Assembly (NCBI GenBank): GCA_023205875.1 | Contig: CP060757.1 | Location: forward strand, 620,001-684,000 | DNA length: 64,000 nucleotides | From: Chloropicon primus | Lineage: Eukaryota | Reading direction: 5' to 3' | Made by a program: the position numbers and the translations under genes | The notes under the pieces: model-generated | Told to the model about the DNA's origin: nothing | The model's database searches: none | The model's input: the letters and a program-made list of their open reading frames with translations, nothing else | Shown here: in pieces, positions 42,403-54,800 of the stretch | Position numbering within the stretch: the first letter of the stretch is position 1 | Layout: every line of letters starts with the position of its first letter

Positions 42403-45390
42403 ATGGAAGAAGACAAAAAGCAAGCCTTGAGCTTGCATATAGTGCTAGGATTCTCGAGCCAAGTGATTGGAAGCGTGAGCAGCCTGCAGGACGGGGAGAG
42501 GAATGTGATGTGCTACCTTTCAGGGCACGTGCTCGTCGTGCACGACGTGGAGACGGGGAAGCAGAACAAGCTCCTGGGTCACAAGAACGCCATAAGGTGC
42601 TTGAAGACGAGCCCGGACAAGAGCCTCGTGTGCACTGCTGACAGCGGCTTTGACAGTCTCCTCATTGTGTGGGACTCGAAGACTTTGGAGCCGGTGCAGA
42701 TCCTGGAGTCGCCTTACGAGAGCGGCTTCGAGTGCATTGACGTCTCGACTAACGGGAAGCACCTTATCACGACCAGCTCTCCAGACTCTATGAAGAGGCA
42801 GGAGTTCGCTGTGTGGGAGCTGGCCGACTTGGCCAAGGGCCCGCTCTGCACGGCGAGCATATCGAACGGGGACAAGCAGTACAGCGTGGCCTTCAACCCG
42901 GACAACGACAAGGAGTTCATCACGAACGGCAAGGAGACCGCTTGCTTCTGGACCTGGCAGGTCTCCAAGGAGTCTGCCTCCCCAACGAACACGCAGAAGT
43001 TCAGCCAGGACGACCTCGCTTCGTCCATTGCAGGAAGCTTGTCTTACATCTCCCCGTCCTTCAATTCTGCGGACTTCAAGCAGAAGGTGGGCAAGTTCAC
43101 GACCAGCATATTCATGCCTGGGACCAAGACGGCTCTGACGGCGACGTCAGATGGCGACGTGGTGGTGTGGGAGGACGCGAGCATCATTCACCAGACAGCG
43201 GGCGACAGGTTCGCGTCAAAGGTGCTGCGGTTGCACAGTCAGCCCATCGGAGTCCTTGCGTGGCATGGGAGCTACCTCGTCACGGGTGCTGCTGACGGAT
43301 TTGTCAGGTTTTTCGACGACAAGCTCAGGTTGGTGGCTTGGTACGAAGACATGAACGCGGGAGGGGTGACTAGCGTGTCTTTCTCTTCCAAGGAGGTCGA
43401 GCACTGCGCGTTCTCCCCATTCAACTGTAGCGAGTTCATCATCGGCACGGGTTTGGGCCAGGTGGTGCGCCTGCACTCCACGCTCTTCGACGAGGTTTCG
43501 TCGGAGAACCGCAAGGGAGAGTGCCTTTTCAGGGGGATTCCCGGAAAGGTGTCCAGCATGATAGAATCCGTCAACGACTCGGCTGTTATCATCGCGAGCG
43601 ACAAGGGGTCCGTCCACAAGTGGAGCGCCCCGTTCACCTTCTGGAAGGACACTGGCCTTGGGGATGCAAAGATAGCTAGCGAACTGAGCTTGGGCGACGA
43701 GCCCCCGGGGGAGGAGGTCAAAGCGGAGACCAAAGCCCCCGAGCAGCAGGGCCTGTCCCTGATCTACGAAGGGAAGCAGAACGTGATGTGCATGGCGTGG
43801 CTTTCCAAGGACGTCCTGCTCCTGGGCTTGGCGAACGGCATGCTCAAGTTCTACTCCCCGAAGACGAAAGAGGAGACTCACCCCTCGATCAAGATTTCGA
43901 ACGCCCAGCTCAAGAAGATCGTGTACAGCGCGGAGGCCAACGTCATCGCTCTTTACGACATCATGAGCAACCTTTGTATGCTCAAGCTCGGCGCGGGGAA
44001 GTACAAGGACAGGTGGGACTACATCGGCAAGCACGCCGCCCACCTCAAGGCTGCGATTGTGGACATCTGCTTCGTGGACGAGGACAACACGTCGAAGCTT
44101 TATTCCGTAGGCAAGGACGGTATGATGGTGCTTTACGACCTCGAGGGAAGCACCCTGAGGGACGGCATCAAGGTCAAGCAGTACACCCAGATTGGCCAGG
44201 GCGTCGTGCCTTCCGCCTGCACCTTGCTTTCAGGCGCAGTGGACGGCAGCGTGAGCTTCCCTGAGACCAGCAACATGAGCGACAAGCAGAAGATAGAGCT
44301 GAGGAAGAAGAAGCACATGATTTTTGCGGACGACATGGGGAAGTTCAGGGTTTTTGACAATGCCAAGGGGGTGCAGAAGAAGATCGTGCTGTCGCCGGAA
44401 TACGGTGGCACAATCAGCCAAATGTGCGTGTTCTCCTCCAAGTCCGGCGAGGCCGAGCCTGGCAACGAGGAGGAGGAGGCCAACTCCGCCAACGAGACGT
44501 GCTTGGCTTTCGCTGGGAACGGGAAGGTCGTGGGACTCGTGAAGTTCCCGCTGGACGGAGACCCGTACAAGAGCTGCGCGGTCGTTGCCCATCCGCTTAC
44601 CGTGGACTACATGTGCGTGGACCAGAGCACCGGCAAGTACGTCTTCACCTCCGATGGCTACGGGGTCGTGAATCTGTGGAAAGTGAACTTGGACGCCCTC
44701 GATGCGAGCGACTCGCAGGACGGGGCAAAGTCCAGCAAGGTCGAGCGCTACTCCACCCTCCTCGAGGAGGGCATGGGAGGGGAGGAGTTCGTCGACATCA
44801 CGAACTTCTTCTACTACTCGCAGCTCAGGGTTCAGGGCGAGGACACCAGCCACCCCAGGAGCACCCCGGGGAAGGTGCCCCTGTCCGAGGTTCCCTACCT
44901 CATGAAGGCCCTGGGATACTACCTCTCGGAGGGAGACAAGCAGATCATGAGAAGCGACGTCCTGTTCCAGCAAGCCATGAGGGAGGGCAGAGACGCGGAT
45001 AGCACCTCAGACGTCAGGGATGAGGACGTGTACATTACTTTCGAGGACTTTTTTGTCCTTTACGTGAACTACAGGCCGAGCCGGGGCCTTGGGGACGACG
45101 ACCTGAACGCCGCCTTCTCCAAGCTCAAGGCCATCTCCGCGGGGGGAGGCAGGGGCGGCAAGCCCCTGGAGCTGGACACCGAGAAGCTCGTGGAGAGCCT
45201 GTGCTCCCGGGGGGAGAAGATGACTAGGGAGGAGATCGAGCAGTGCCTTTTGGCCTTGCTCGGGGAGGACATCCTGGAGAACGAGCCTCCAGGAACTTCG
45301 ATCATCTCCCTCCTCCCCAAGGTTCTCAACCACAAAACCTTCGCGGAGGACATCCTAGGCTTCTCTCCCGTGGGAGAGAGCGAGGCTTGA
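42403..45390 (+). CDS. CFAP251: Cilia- and flagella-associated protein 251 (WDR66)
   Basis: WD40 repeats, GLVKFPLDGDPYKS..VVAHP, FFYYSQLRVQGEDT...VPLSEVPYLMKALGYY and a degenerate EF-hand C-terminus. Confidence 0.85.
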   Translation: MEEDKKQALSLHIVLGFSSQVIGSVSSLQDGERNVMCYLSGHVLVVHDVETGKQNKLLGHKNAIRCLKTSPDKSLVCTADSGFDSLLIVWDSKTLEPVQILESPYESGFECIDVSTNGKHLITTSSPDSMKRQEFAVWELADLAKGPLCTASISNGDKQYSVAFNPDNDKEFITNGKETACFWTWQVSKESASPTNTQKFSQDDLASSIAGSLSYISPSFNSADFKQKVGKFTTSIFMPGTKTALTATSDGDVVVWEDASIIHQTAGDRFASKVLRLHSQPIGVLAWHGSYLVTGAADGFVRFFDDKLRLVAWYEDMNAGGVTSVSFSSKEVEHCAFSPFNCSEFIIGTGLGQVVRLHSTLFDEVSSENRKGECLFRGIPGKVSSMIESVNDSAVIIASDKGSVHKWSAPFTFWKDTGLGDAKIASELSLGDEPPGEEVKAETKAPEQQGLSLIYEGKQNVMCMAWLSKDVLLLGLANGMLKFYSPKTKEETHPSIKISNAQLKKIVYSAEANVIALYDIMSNLCMLKLGAGKYKDRWDYIGKHAAHLKAAIVDICFVDEDNTSKLYSVGKDGMMVLYDLEGSTLRDGIKVKQYTQIGQGVVPSACTLLSGAVDGSVSFPETSNMSDKQKIELRKKKHMIFADDMGKFRVFDNAKGVQKKIVLSPEYGGTISQMCVFSSKSGEAEPGNEEEEANSANETCLAFAGNGKVVGLVKFPLDGDPYKSCAVVAHPLTVDYMCVDQSTGKYVFTSDGYGVVNLWKVNLDALDASDSQDGAKSSKVERYSTLLEEGMGGEEFVDITNFFYYSQLRVQGEDTSHPRSTPGKVPLSEVPYLMKALGYYLSEGDKQIMRSDVLFQQAMREGRDADSTSDVRDEDVYITFEDFFVLYVNYRPSRGLGDDDLNAAFSKLKAISAGGGRGGKPLELDTEKLVESLCSRGEKMTREEIEQCLLALLGEDILENEPPGTSIISLLPKVLNHKTFAEDILGFSPVGESEA

Positions 45391-45668
45391 GGACTCGGTG
45401 AGGGACGAGGCTCCGTCATCGAATCCATTCCTAAAGACACAACACATGTATTTTCAATATTCAATACACCCGTCATTGCCAAGGCCCCTCCTGCCCCATC
45501 ATCATCTGATCCAAAGATCCAATCCAATCCACTGCCCGTTTGAAAAGCGAAAAAGCGAAAAGCGGTTTCCATCGGGGACGCCGGAGAGAAGAGAGAGAGA
45601 GGCAGGCATAGTCTGGTTGTTGTCACTAGGTTTGAAGAACGTGGACGATTACGCAGGGAGGGAACACG

Positions 45669-47277
45669 ATGATGCAGTGCGCCAAGGTCTTGAAGTCTGC
45701 GACGAGCGGTGCTCTCCGAAACGCGAACTTGAGGTTCTTCTCGGCTTCCTCGGTGCAGCCCAAGCTCCCTGATTTCGATTATACGCCTCGCCCCTACAAT
45801 GGCCCGACGAAGGAGGAGGTACGAGACGAGGCGCGCGCGCCTTGGACCGATGTGCCCTGCATCGGTCAGCCCGTCGCCCGGACGGAGTCGGAGGTGGCGT
45901 GTGACTGACGAAGACTTGTTCGCTTCTCCCTTGTACCTTGGCTTGCGTCTCTTGTAACCCCAACCGACCCCAACCGACCCCAACTTTCGCGTTCTCGCTT
46001 ACGTTGCTGTCCTCCAGGTCCTCGAGACCAGGAAGCAGTTCCTGAACCCGGCGCTGTTCCACTACTACGAGAAGCCCGTGATGATCGTGGAGGGAAAGCA
46101 GCAGTACTTGTATGATGAGACCGGGAGGAGGTACTTGGATGCCTTCGGAGGAATCGTGACTGTCAGTGTTGGCCACTCCCACCCAAAGCTCGTGAAGGCT
46201 GTGAACGACCAGAACGAGCTCATTCAGCACACGACGACCATCTACCTGAACGACCAGGTCGCGTACTTCGGAAAGGAGCTCGCTGCCAAGCTCCCTCCTC
46301 ACCTTGACTGCATTTACTTTGTCAACTCGGGTTCCGAGGCCAACGATTTGGCCATTTTGATGGCACGCCTCTTCACCGGGAACTACGACGTTGTCGCTCT
46401 GAGGAACTGCTACCACGGCATGTCCCTGGGAACCATGGGCCTCACCGCCCACGCCACGTGGAAGTACCCCGTGGCGCACGGCTTTGGCATCCACCACGCG
46501 TTGAACCCTGACCCTTACAGGGGAAGGTTCGGCAACGACGGGGAGGCGTATGCGGCGGACGTGAAGGACTTGTTGGAGACCGGAACCAGCGGCCGAGTCG
46601 CCGCCTTCTTCGCCGAGTCGATCCAAGGCGTGGGAGGAGCGGTCGTCTTGGCGGACGACTACTTGAAGCACACCTACAAGCACATCAGGGACCACGGAGG
46701 CGTGTGCATCGCTGACGAGGTCCAGGCCGGGTTCGGCAGGACTGGAACCCACTACTGGGGTTTTGAGACCCAAGGCGTGCTCCCAGATATCGTGACCATG
46801 GCCAAGGGAATCGGAAATGGCCTTCCCCTCGCCGCCGTGGCGACCACGAAGGAGATAGCGGCCACCCTGCAGAGGAGGATCCACTTCAACACTTACGGAG
46901 GAAACCCGGTGAGCGCTGCTGCTGGTAGGGCTGTGCTCGAGATCATCGACGAGGAGGGCATGCAAGAGAACTGCAAGGTCCTGGGAGACCACTTGCTCGG
47001 AAGGTTCGCCGATTTGGAGGCGAAGCATGACATCATTGGCCACTGCAGAGGCAAGGGCCTCATGCTTGGCATGGAGCTCGTGAAGGACAGGGACACCAAG
47101 GAGCCTGCGGTGGCGGAGACCAAGAAGGTTTTCGAGGACATGAAGGACATGGGCGTGCTCATCGGAAAGGGAGGCCTGTACGGAAACGTCTTTAGAATCA
47201 AGCCACCCATGTGCTGGACCAAGGAGGACGCCGACTTCATGTGCGACGCCTTGGACGTTGCCCTGTCAAGACTCTGA
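45669..47277 (+). CDS. AGT2: Alanine:glyoxylate aminotransferase 2 (class III PLP aminotransferase), mitochondrial; 2 exons (45669-45818, 46018-47277)
   Basis: [40 protein letters not shown] and [15 protein letters not shown]. Intron 45819-46017. Confidence 0.93.
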
Positions 47278-47386
47278 TGAGGCTGCGCTGCCTTAGAGTG
47301 CGCGGCGACGTAGCCGCGTAGCTGAACTAACTTAATCTTTATCAAAACTTATCACCCTAACCAAAAGCGTGTCCCCCCCGAACGAC

Positions 47387-47944
47387 TTAGTCATCCTCGA
47401 GCTCCCTCAACTCCTCTTCTATCATCTGCCTGCTCCTCTGCAGGGCCTCCTTCATGTTGTAGTGCATCCTCCTCTTCTCCTCGAAGAGCTTCTGCTTCTT
47501 CTTCTCCTCCGGGTACCTGGGCTCCAGCTCGGTGCTGGCCTGCCCCTTGTTGCCCGGGGCGAACCTCGTCCGAGGGAAGCTCGAGTCGTCGAGGCTCACG
47601 TCCCTCATCACCTCCACCGCTGGGTATGGAGCCACGACGTCGTCCAAGGTGAGCGCCCTGTCCACCCCCCTAGAAGCTGACGCCTCCCCGCCTCCCTTCT
47701 CCCGGGAAGACAGGTACAGCTTCTCCAGGCCCTCGTCACTCGCAGCGGGCGACCCTGGAGCCGCGAAGGGAGTCTTGGGCTCGTCTATCTTCATCGTACC
47801 ATATTCCCCGCGAAGCACGCTCAACTCGTGCTCCCTTAAGTTTTCCTCGTCCCACTCCACCTTCTTCTCTTTGTCCCCCTCCCCCTTCATCGCCACGCTC
47901 AACCCCCCGGGTCCAGGCACAGGCACAGGCACAGGAGGCGCCAT
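47387..47944 (-). CDS. Protein phosphatase 1 inhibitor-2-like protein
   Basis: KVEWDEENL, MKIDEPKTPF and FEEKRRMHYNM motifs. Confidence 0.85.
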   Translation of the reverse strand: MAPPVPVPVPGPGGLSVAMKGEGDKEKKVEWDEENLREHELSVLRGEYGTMKIDEPKTPFAAPGSPAASDEGLEKLYLSSREKGGGEASASRGVDRALTLDDVVAPYPAVEVMRDVSLDDSSFPRTRFAPGNKGQASTELEPRYPEEKKKQKLFEEKRRMHYNMKEALQRSRQMIEEELRELEDD

Positions 47945-48080
47945 CCTCTCTCCCCTTCCACCAAGGAGCTCGCTCTTCCAAAGAGAGAGAGAGGAGCCCA
48001 AAGCTCAAAAACTCCACACGAAACAAAGAGAAGCAAGAGGGAGAGGGAGTACTACGCGTACGCAAGAGGGGGAGGAGAGG

Positions 48081-48708
48081 ATGGCGGGAGGGTTTCTGTG
48101 GGGGAGGGCGGGAGGGATGCTCGTTGCGGCGGGAGCGAGGGGCTTTGCGAAGAAAGTCAAGGGCGGGAAGGGAAAGGGTGCAGCAGCGGGTGGACTCAAA
48201 GGGATCCAGCCGGACTTGCAGCCGTGGCTCCCGCTCATACTGAAACCAAAACGAGAGAAGGTGAGGCTTCGCGAGGACGCTCTGCTCTTCCGCGTCTTCG
48301 GCACACGTTGGAGCGGCTTTGTCTCTCCCTTTTCTCTCTCTCTCTCTACCCTTCTCTCTCCAAATCTCTCCCCGAGGCCAATGCTAACAAAAGGGTTGGT
48401 CGGTCGCTGTTCTCTCACTCTCACTCTGATTCTTTTCACGCGACAAACCACGATGACAGGTGAAGCACAATTTCACAGAAGAGGAGCTCCAAGATGCGGA
48501 GAGGCGGGCCAAAGAGTACTCGAGGCAAAAGTCGTACCAGAATTTGGCCTGGCGGCGAGACATGGAGGCAAAGTTTCAACTTCGGAACGAGGCCTGGGCG
48601 GCCCTGCCTGAGGCTCTGCAGCACTCGGCGAACCAGCCCGACCTGGAACCCTTCCCACTGACACGGAGGATACCAACAGACTATCCCCCTGCAACTTGGC
48701 CTCTGTAA
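48081..48708 (+). CDS. Mitochondrial ribosomal protein mL40-like; 2 exons (48081-48260, 48460-48708)
   Basis: Transit peptide RGFAKK, AKEYSR...AWAALPEALQHSA..PDLEPFP...PTDYPP. Intron 48261-48459. Confidence 0.72.
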
Positions 48709-48853
48709 ACTTGGCTTCTGTAATTTATTCATTCCTTTGCTTGTTTGGATCGAAAGCCTTCACGCTTTGAAACAATATATATAAAGACGTTTTTTTGTTT
48801 TAGTTGTTGTTACAATGTTTACTTTCCCTCGTGGGAGCTCCTCTCGCAGAGCC

Positions 48854-51800
48854 TTACAAGGGTGCCATCAACAACCCATTCGCATCGGTGGTGTGGAGGA
48901 AGAGACCGTCTTCCATCGGTCCAGCAAAACCGTTATATGGTACAAAGTTTGAGTTGGCTACCGACCAGCCACAGGAGCTGGGCTCAAACTTGTAGATCTT
49001 GGGATCCGCCATTTCAGAGCTCGAGGAACCTCCTCCGTAGACATACACATCGGCGCCGTAGGTGAACATGGAGTGCTCGTACCTCGGCGAGATTCCTACG
49101 TCGAGAACGGACTGACCAAGCTCAAGTGGGCAGCCACCAGTTATGTCGGAGCAGGTGAAAGAGAGGGACCCGCCAAGCACCTGGGGAGTGCATTTCTGGA
49201 ACCTGTTGGAAACGAGTCCGGCGGGCTCCATGCCGCCAAAGACGTACACGTCGCCGCCCGCAGAGGCCGCGGCGAGCCCGAACGCTGGAGAGGCGATCTC
49301 CCCCACCTTGGACCAGGCATTGGTCGAAGTCGTGTACGCCCACATGTCCCTGTGCGCGTTTCCAGCAGAATCACGGCCACCGATCACGACGAAGGTCTCC
49401 CCATCAAGAGCGACGGCGGCGTGATCGTACCTTCCTGATGGACTCGCGCTCGCCACTGGAACGAACGAGAAGGCCGAGGACGCGAAATCGAAGGTCCAGA
49501 GGTCACTGAAGGCGTACCCGCTTCTCTCGCCACCGAAGAGGTAGTAGGTGTCCTTGAGCAAGGACCCCGCTTGACCGTACCTCGCTGTTGGAGACCCAGT
49601 AGTTGCAACAGGTTGCCAGGACCGGTCACTGACCCAGGAGACGCGCTCGTCTCCAGCCGTTCCGGAACTGCTCACCGGCGACAGGCCACTACTATACGGC
49701 ATGACGTAAACGAGGCCATCCGTCACGAATTGGGAGCTCACGGTGACGCCCTCGAACTTTGAGCCCACGCTGTCTTGCTTGATGACAACGCCATCCATGG
49801 TGATCGTCGTCGAGTCCTTTGTGCCCACGATCTCGATCGAGTGGTGTCCTTGGCTCCTGGCCAGGCTCGATGCCTTCCAAGGCGAAGCCGTGCAGTACTT
49901 GTCCGCGTGAGAGACAGTGTGGACGCCAGCCGCAACAAATTCGGTGGAACCGTCCCTGTAATTTGGACTGATCCACTGGGAGGCCGCAGACGCGTGAGAG
50001 TCGTACAAGGTCGCAAGGAGCTTGTATGGCTGAACGGTGGCGGAGCTGGGCGACATGTTGCCCACGTCCTGGACGACGTCAAAGACCTTCTTCGCCTCCT
50101 CCTCGTCAGAAACGCCGCCCGATTCGACCATGTGGGAGTTCCCGTAGTACATGTCAAGGCTGGCCGCTTCGGTTCCTTGAGGGATTCTGAGGAACACCTT
50201 GGTGTCTTCCGCCATGCACCCCGGAATCGGATGGATGTAGTGGGGCAGCTTGTGGCCGTTGTTGGGCAGGGTGAAGACCATGTCCATGCAAGACGATGAC
50301 ATCCTTCCCATGCCAATAATCTCAAGGGTATTCAGGGTCAGCTCGAGAACGACGTCGCCACCAGCGCTCGAAGCCTTCAGGTTGCCCAAGGACCCGATCG
50401 TCCTCTTGTACGCCAGAGAATCCTTCATGGCCAAGCCGTTGCTCAGCTTGTACATGTCTGATTTGTACTCCACGGGCAGGCCCCCCTGTGCCCTGGCGCC
50501 ACCCCAGACGAACAAGTCTTTCCCGTAGGCCACAACAGTGGGCTTCAACCTGTCCGTCTCCGTTGGCGCTTCAAGGCCGTTGGTCAGCGCAGACACCCAG
50601 TCGTCCGCCTGGTTCACCATGACTGAGAACGTGTGAACGGTTGGGTGGGGAGCGGTGTCCGCCTCGATCTCTATCGTGTGATTCCCTGGCGCGTGGAAGA
50701 ACACTCGCATCATGGTGTCAACGCCGTCGTAAACGAAGTCAAAGGCGTGGGAAGTAACCCTCAACTTCTTCAAGTCGTCCGATACCCTTGAGGACTCGGC
50801 AGCCGCGTCGTCGCTGCCAGAGTCCCCGTGGACCAGTTGCGACCAAGATTCCCCACCAAAGTCCGTCTCATGCAAGGAGTCGTAGAACTCGTTGATCGAG
50901 TTTCCGTGGCTGTCCATGAGAACGATACCGAGGGAGCTCGAAACACCGGCCACGATGTTGGCAAAGGCGGGCTGAATCACTTCAAAGGCGGCGAACTCCG
51001 CAGGAGTCACAAGAATCTCGTGCTCCGAAGAGATTTCTCCGCCAACAGAAACGGTGACGCTGTAGTTGCCAGCCTTGGAAAGCTGGGCTGTCACGGAGTT
51101 TGTGCCGTCAATGCCTCCGTTCGTGCCGCACCTGAAATCGATGTTCGGGTAAATGGTGCCCGCAATGGCTTCCCCGATCACGTGCGCTGGCTCTGTCTTC
51201 AAGTACTTTCTTTCAAAGGGCTTGAAATGCACCTTGACTCCCTGAGAATTGTATCCGGGAGAACTTGGGTCCTCCGCCTGAAGGTGAGTCCCCGTGTACC
51301 TGAATCCACACTTGTCCTTCGCTTCCAAGCTCATGATGAAGAGACCCGCCGTGGTCGTGCTCGACATGTCTGCTTTCGTGTAAGCTGCCCCGATGGTTCC
51401 GACGCCCTGTCCAGACGCCGAAGCGTAGGGAGTGTCCGTATCCGTGACCTGGCCAGCCGGCGTTGGACCGACGGCCGTGCCCTTCACGCCAGTGAGGCTG
51501 CCAGAGGTCTTGGTCCCTGTCAGCGCCGTTGGGGCGAGCCCCTCGGACGCCTTGTTGAACCCAACGTACGCGACGAGCTTGGTCTTCTCCAGGAAGGCAG
51601 GACAGTACATGCTCTCCACCACCTGGCTCGCGGATTTACCGTACGAGAACACCTTCACCTCGTCGACCATGCCAGAGAAGCCGTAACCCACCGTCAAAGG
51701 ATGGGAGTAGGGGTTGACGTGCACAGGCTTGCTTTCGGCGAAAGGCTTGGACGCCTTGAGAACGCCGTTCACGTAAACATTCATCTCGGCACCAGTGTAC

Positions 51801-54800
51801 ACCACGGACAGGTGCGTCCAAGTCGTAAAGGAAGAGATCGGGGCGGAAATGGACCTGATTTCTCCGGCACCGACGTAGACGGATGCGGAGACACTCGACA
51901 GGCTGTCCGTGAGCGCCAATTCGTAGCCCTTGATGTACTTGTCCTTCTGCGAGTGAGAATCCTTCAGCAGAATGTAAGCGTCTCTCCCCGAGTCGGAAAG
52001 GGGCTTCACCCAGGCTTCCATGGTCAGACCCGTGTTTCCGTCCAAGGAGAAGGTGTCCCCCGCGTCAGCAAACTCGACGGCGTTATCGCCGTAGAAGTAC
52101 ATGGAGCTTCCCACGCACACCTCGATACAAAAGTGCGTCACGGTCGTGTCGCCAAGCTTCACCTCCACGGTGTATTTTCCCTCCGCAGGCGGGACAAAGG
52201 AAACCTCGTACAGTCCATTCATCGTGTGAACGCCGTTCACGACGAAGCTGTCTGGGCCCGTGATGCTCGCCACCCACTTGTCGCTTCCGTCGATTCCCGA
52301 CTTGCACCCGTAGTCGTCCATGGATTGGATGTTGAACCTCGCAAAGGACCCAAAGCACCCGATGACGTTTGGCGAAGCGATCGAGTTCAAGTCCACGACG
52401 TGGGAGGCCGACGCGCTCGTAGAGCTTGGAGCAACATCCACGGTGAAGGCCTGCACAAGGGTGCCGTTGGAGCTGACGCTCATCTGGTGGGTTCCGCACT
52501 GCAGGCCCAAGTAGGAGACGTGGTAATTTCCGTCGTTGTCGTCCAAAGCACTCATCGTGGTCTTCGTACCGTCGGCGCTGCTCTGGAACTCCACCTCAAA
52601 GTTGTCTCCACCGCCCTTTCGCTTCCTCAGGCAAGCCGTGTTCGCCGTGATCGTGAACCTTCCGGGAGTTCCGCTGGTGGCTTGGGTGAGTCCAGGCCCG
52701 TAGAACGAGGTCGCGGGCAGGTAGGTCGCATCATCAAAAGAAGCGTCCGTCCAAGCACTTTTCTGGGGGATCCGGACACGGACGCCGGACTGGGCGTCGT
52801 ACTCCCCGGAGAATCCTGTGTTCAGGGGGAAGTAAATATCGCCAGATTCCTCCGTGGTCGGGCACTGGGTCGTCGTCCTGTAGCTAGAAGACTTCTTTGC
52901 TGCTGTGGAGAGCCTGATGTCGTAAAGGAGTCCGTCAAAGTCCTCTCCGACTGCCAAGAAGTCGTCGCCATCAAGAGCGCTGTAAGTGCTCAGGGCTTGA
53001 GCGTCCTGGAAAGTCACCTCGTCCACGAGAATGCCATCGACGAAGAAAAGCATGGTCTTGCCAGTGATTCCGATTCCAACGTGCGCCCAAGTGTTGGGCA
53101 TCAAGGTGGCCTTCCAACTGGTGTGCTCCTCGTACGCCAAGCACGAGGTGCAAGTGCAGCCTGACTCGGAGACGTTGACCACGGCGCGCAGAGAGCCACC
53201 GGATCCGGGGGTGCCCGAGAAACCGATCTCGAAGTTGGAAGTCCTCAAGAGCACCGATTCGGTATCGAACGCGGCGGGCTTCACCCAAAACTCGAATGAG
53301 GATACCTGGGGGAACGAAGATTCTCCGGGCAAGCCCAGGTAGACAGGCGTCTTGCTCAGGTCGACGGCCTGGTCGTCAACCTTGTATCTGGCGTCAACCT
53401 CCTCGGCAGTGAGAGTGCGGTCGAACAACCAGACTTCCGCCAGCGTTGCGTCTAGGCCAGCGAGCAAGGTCGTTCCACTGAAGAGAGTCTTCAGCGGCTC
53501 CTGGAGCACGGAGGCCTCCAAAGCAGTCGCTCCCCTGCCGTTCACGTAGACCATGTTGCCCTCCGTTGCGCTCTTCGTGAGGCAGTACAATTTGAACCCC
53601 CCGATAGTCCCAAGGTGAGGTGAAGGGTAATTGACTCTCATGTAAGCACAAGCGGTCTCATCGGTGAGACTACCCCTCGCGCTGATCGCGTTGTAGTAAT
53701 CCGAAGTGGGAACCACCTTGATATCGCTGCCGTCCCCAGACAAAGCAAGGATGGAATCAGGGTTGCTGCTCGCAAACGTTCCCCAAGGCTTGTTTCGCTG
53801 GCCAGTTGCGCCAAGCAGAACCAAAACCACGTCCTGACTGCTTCCCGACGACGACGGGGTCGAGGACGAGGAGGAGCCTGTGGGGGCCCAAGGCACGTCA
53901 GACTTATACTCAGACATACCCTCGATGTCAAAGTTGCTGTCGCCCTTGCTCGTGTAGAAGCTCACCGTGCTTCCCAGGTTGGCGACCACCTGATCGGCTT
54001 CCGCGTTGACGGTCAGTGACTTCACCTGGTCTGCAGACAGTGCGCCCTTGAAGACGTAGACCTCGTCCACAAAGCCGAGGAAGAAGTTTTCCCCTTTGCC
54101 AGACGAATCGAGACCCGCGCAAAGCGTCAGCTTGTTGCTTGGGAATGGCGTCGCCGAAGTCGTGAAATTCTTGGCAAAGTCGCCGTCGAGATAGAGGGTA
54201 CCTTCGCCCTCGTCGTTCACGGTCACGGCGACGTGGTACCAAGCGTTGTACGCGTGCGTGATCTCAGAACGAACCTCTTGAATTTTGTTGTCGTAGTACC
54301 CGAATGCCTTTCCATCGTAGGTGATCGAGGCAGACGTTTGGCCGGCCAAAGTCTGGAACGCCAGAACCGTTTGGGAACCGCCAAAGTGAAGGTAGTCTGA
54401 CTTGGCCCAGAGAGCCATCGAGTAACCATTGTAATTGGTCTCGATCATAGAGGAAGCAGAAGAGAACCCCTCCACGAAGGAGCTTCCGTCGCAACCCAGC
54501 GAGACTTCCATAACCTCGACGCTCACTGGCTCTGGGTGAATGACCTCACCGAAGCCAAGCTTCGTGAGCGCTACATCGTCGAACGCTGGCAGGTCGCACT
54601 TGAACGACTTGTCACTGATCTTGGTCATGTTTGAGCTGACCGTACTGCCGCTTCTGTCAAGCTTGCGCAGATCGGACTGGACTGCGTTGTACGTCCTGCC
54701 GTCCGGCCTGTCCAGCGTTCCTTCCCCGAGGGCCGACCCAACAGCGTTTTTGACGTTCGCCAGGTTTTGCTCCACGGATGGGGTGTGCTCCCCATAGCTT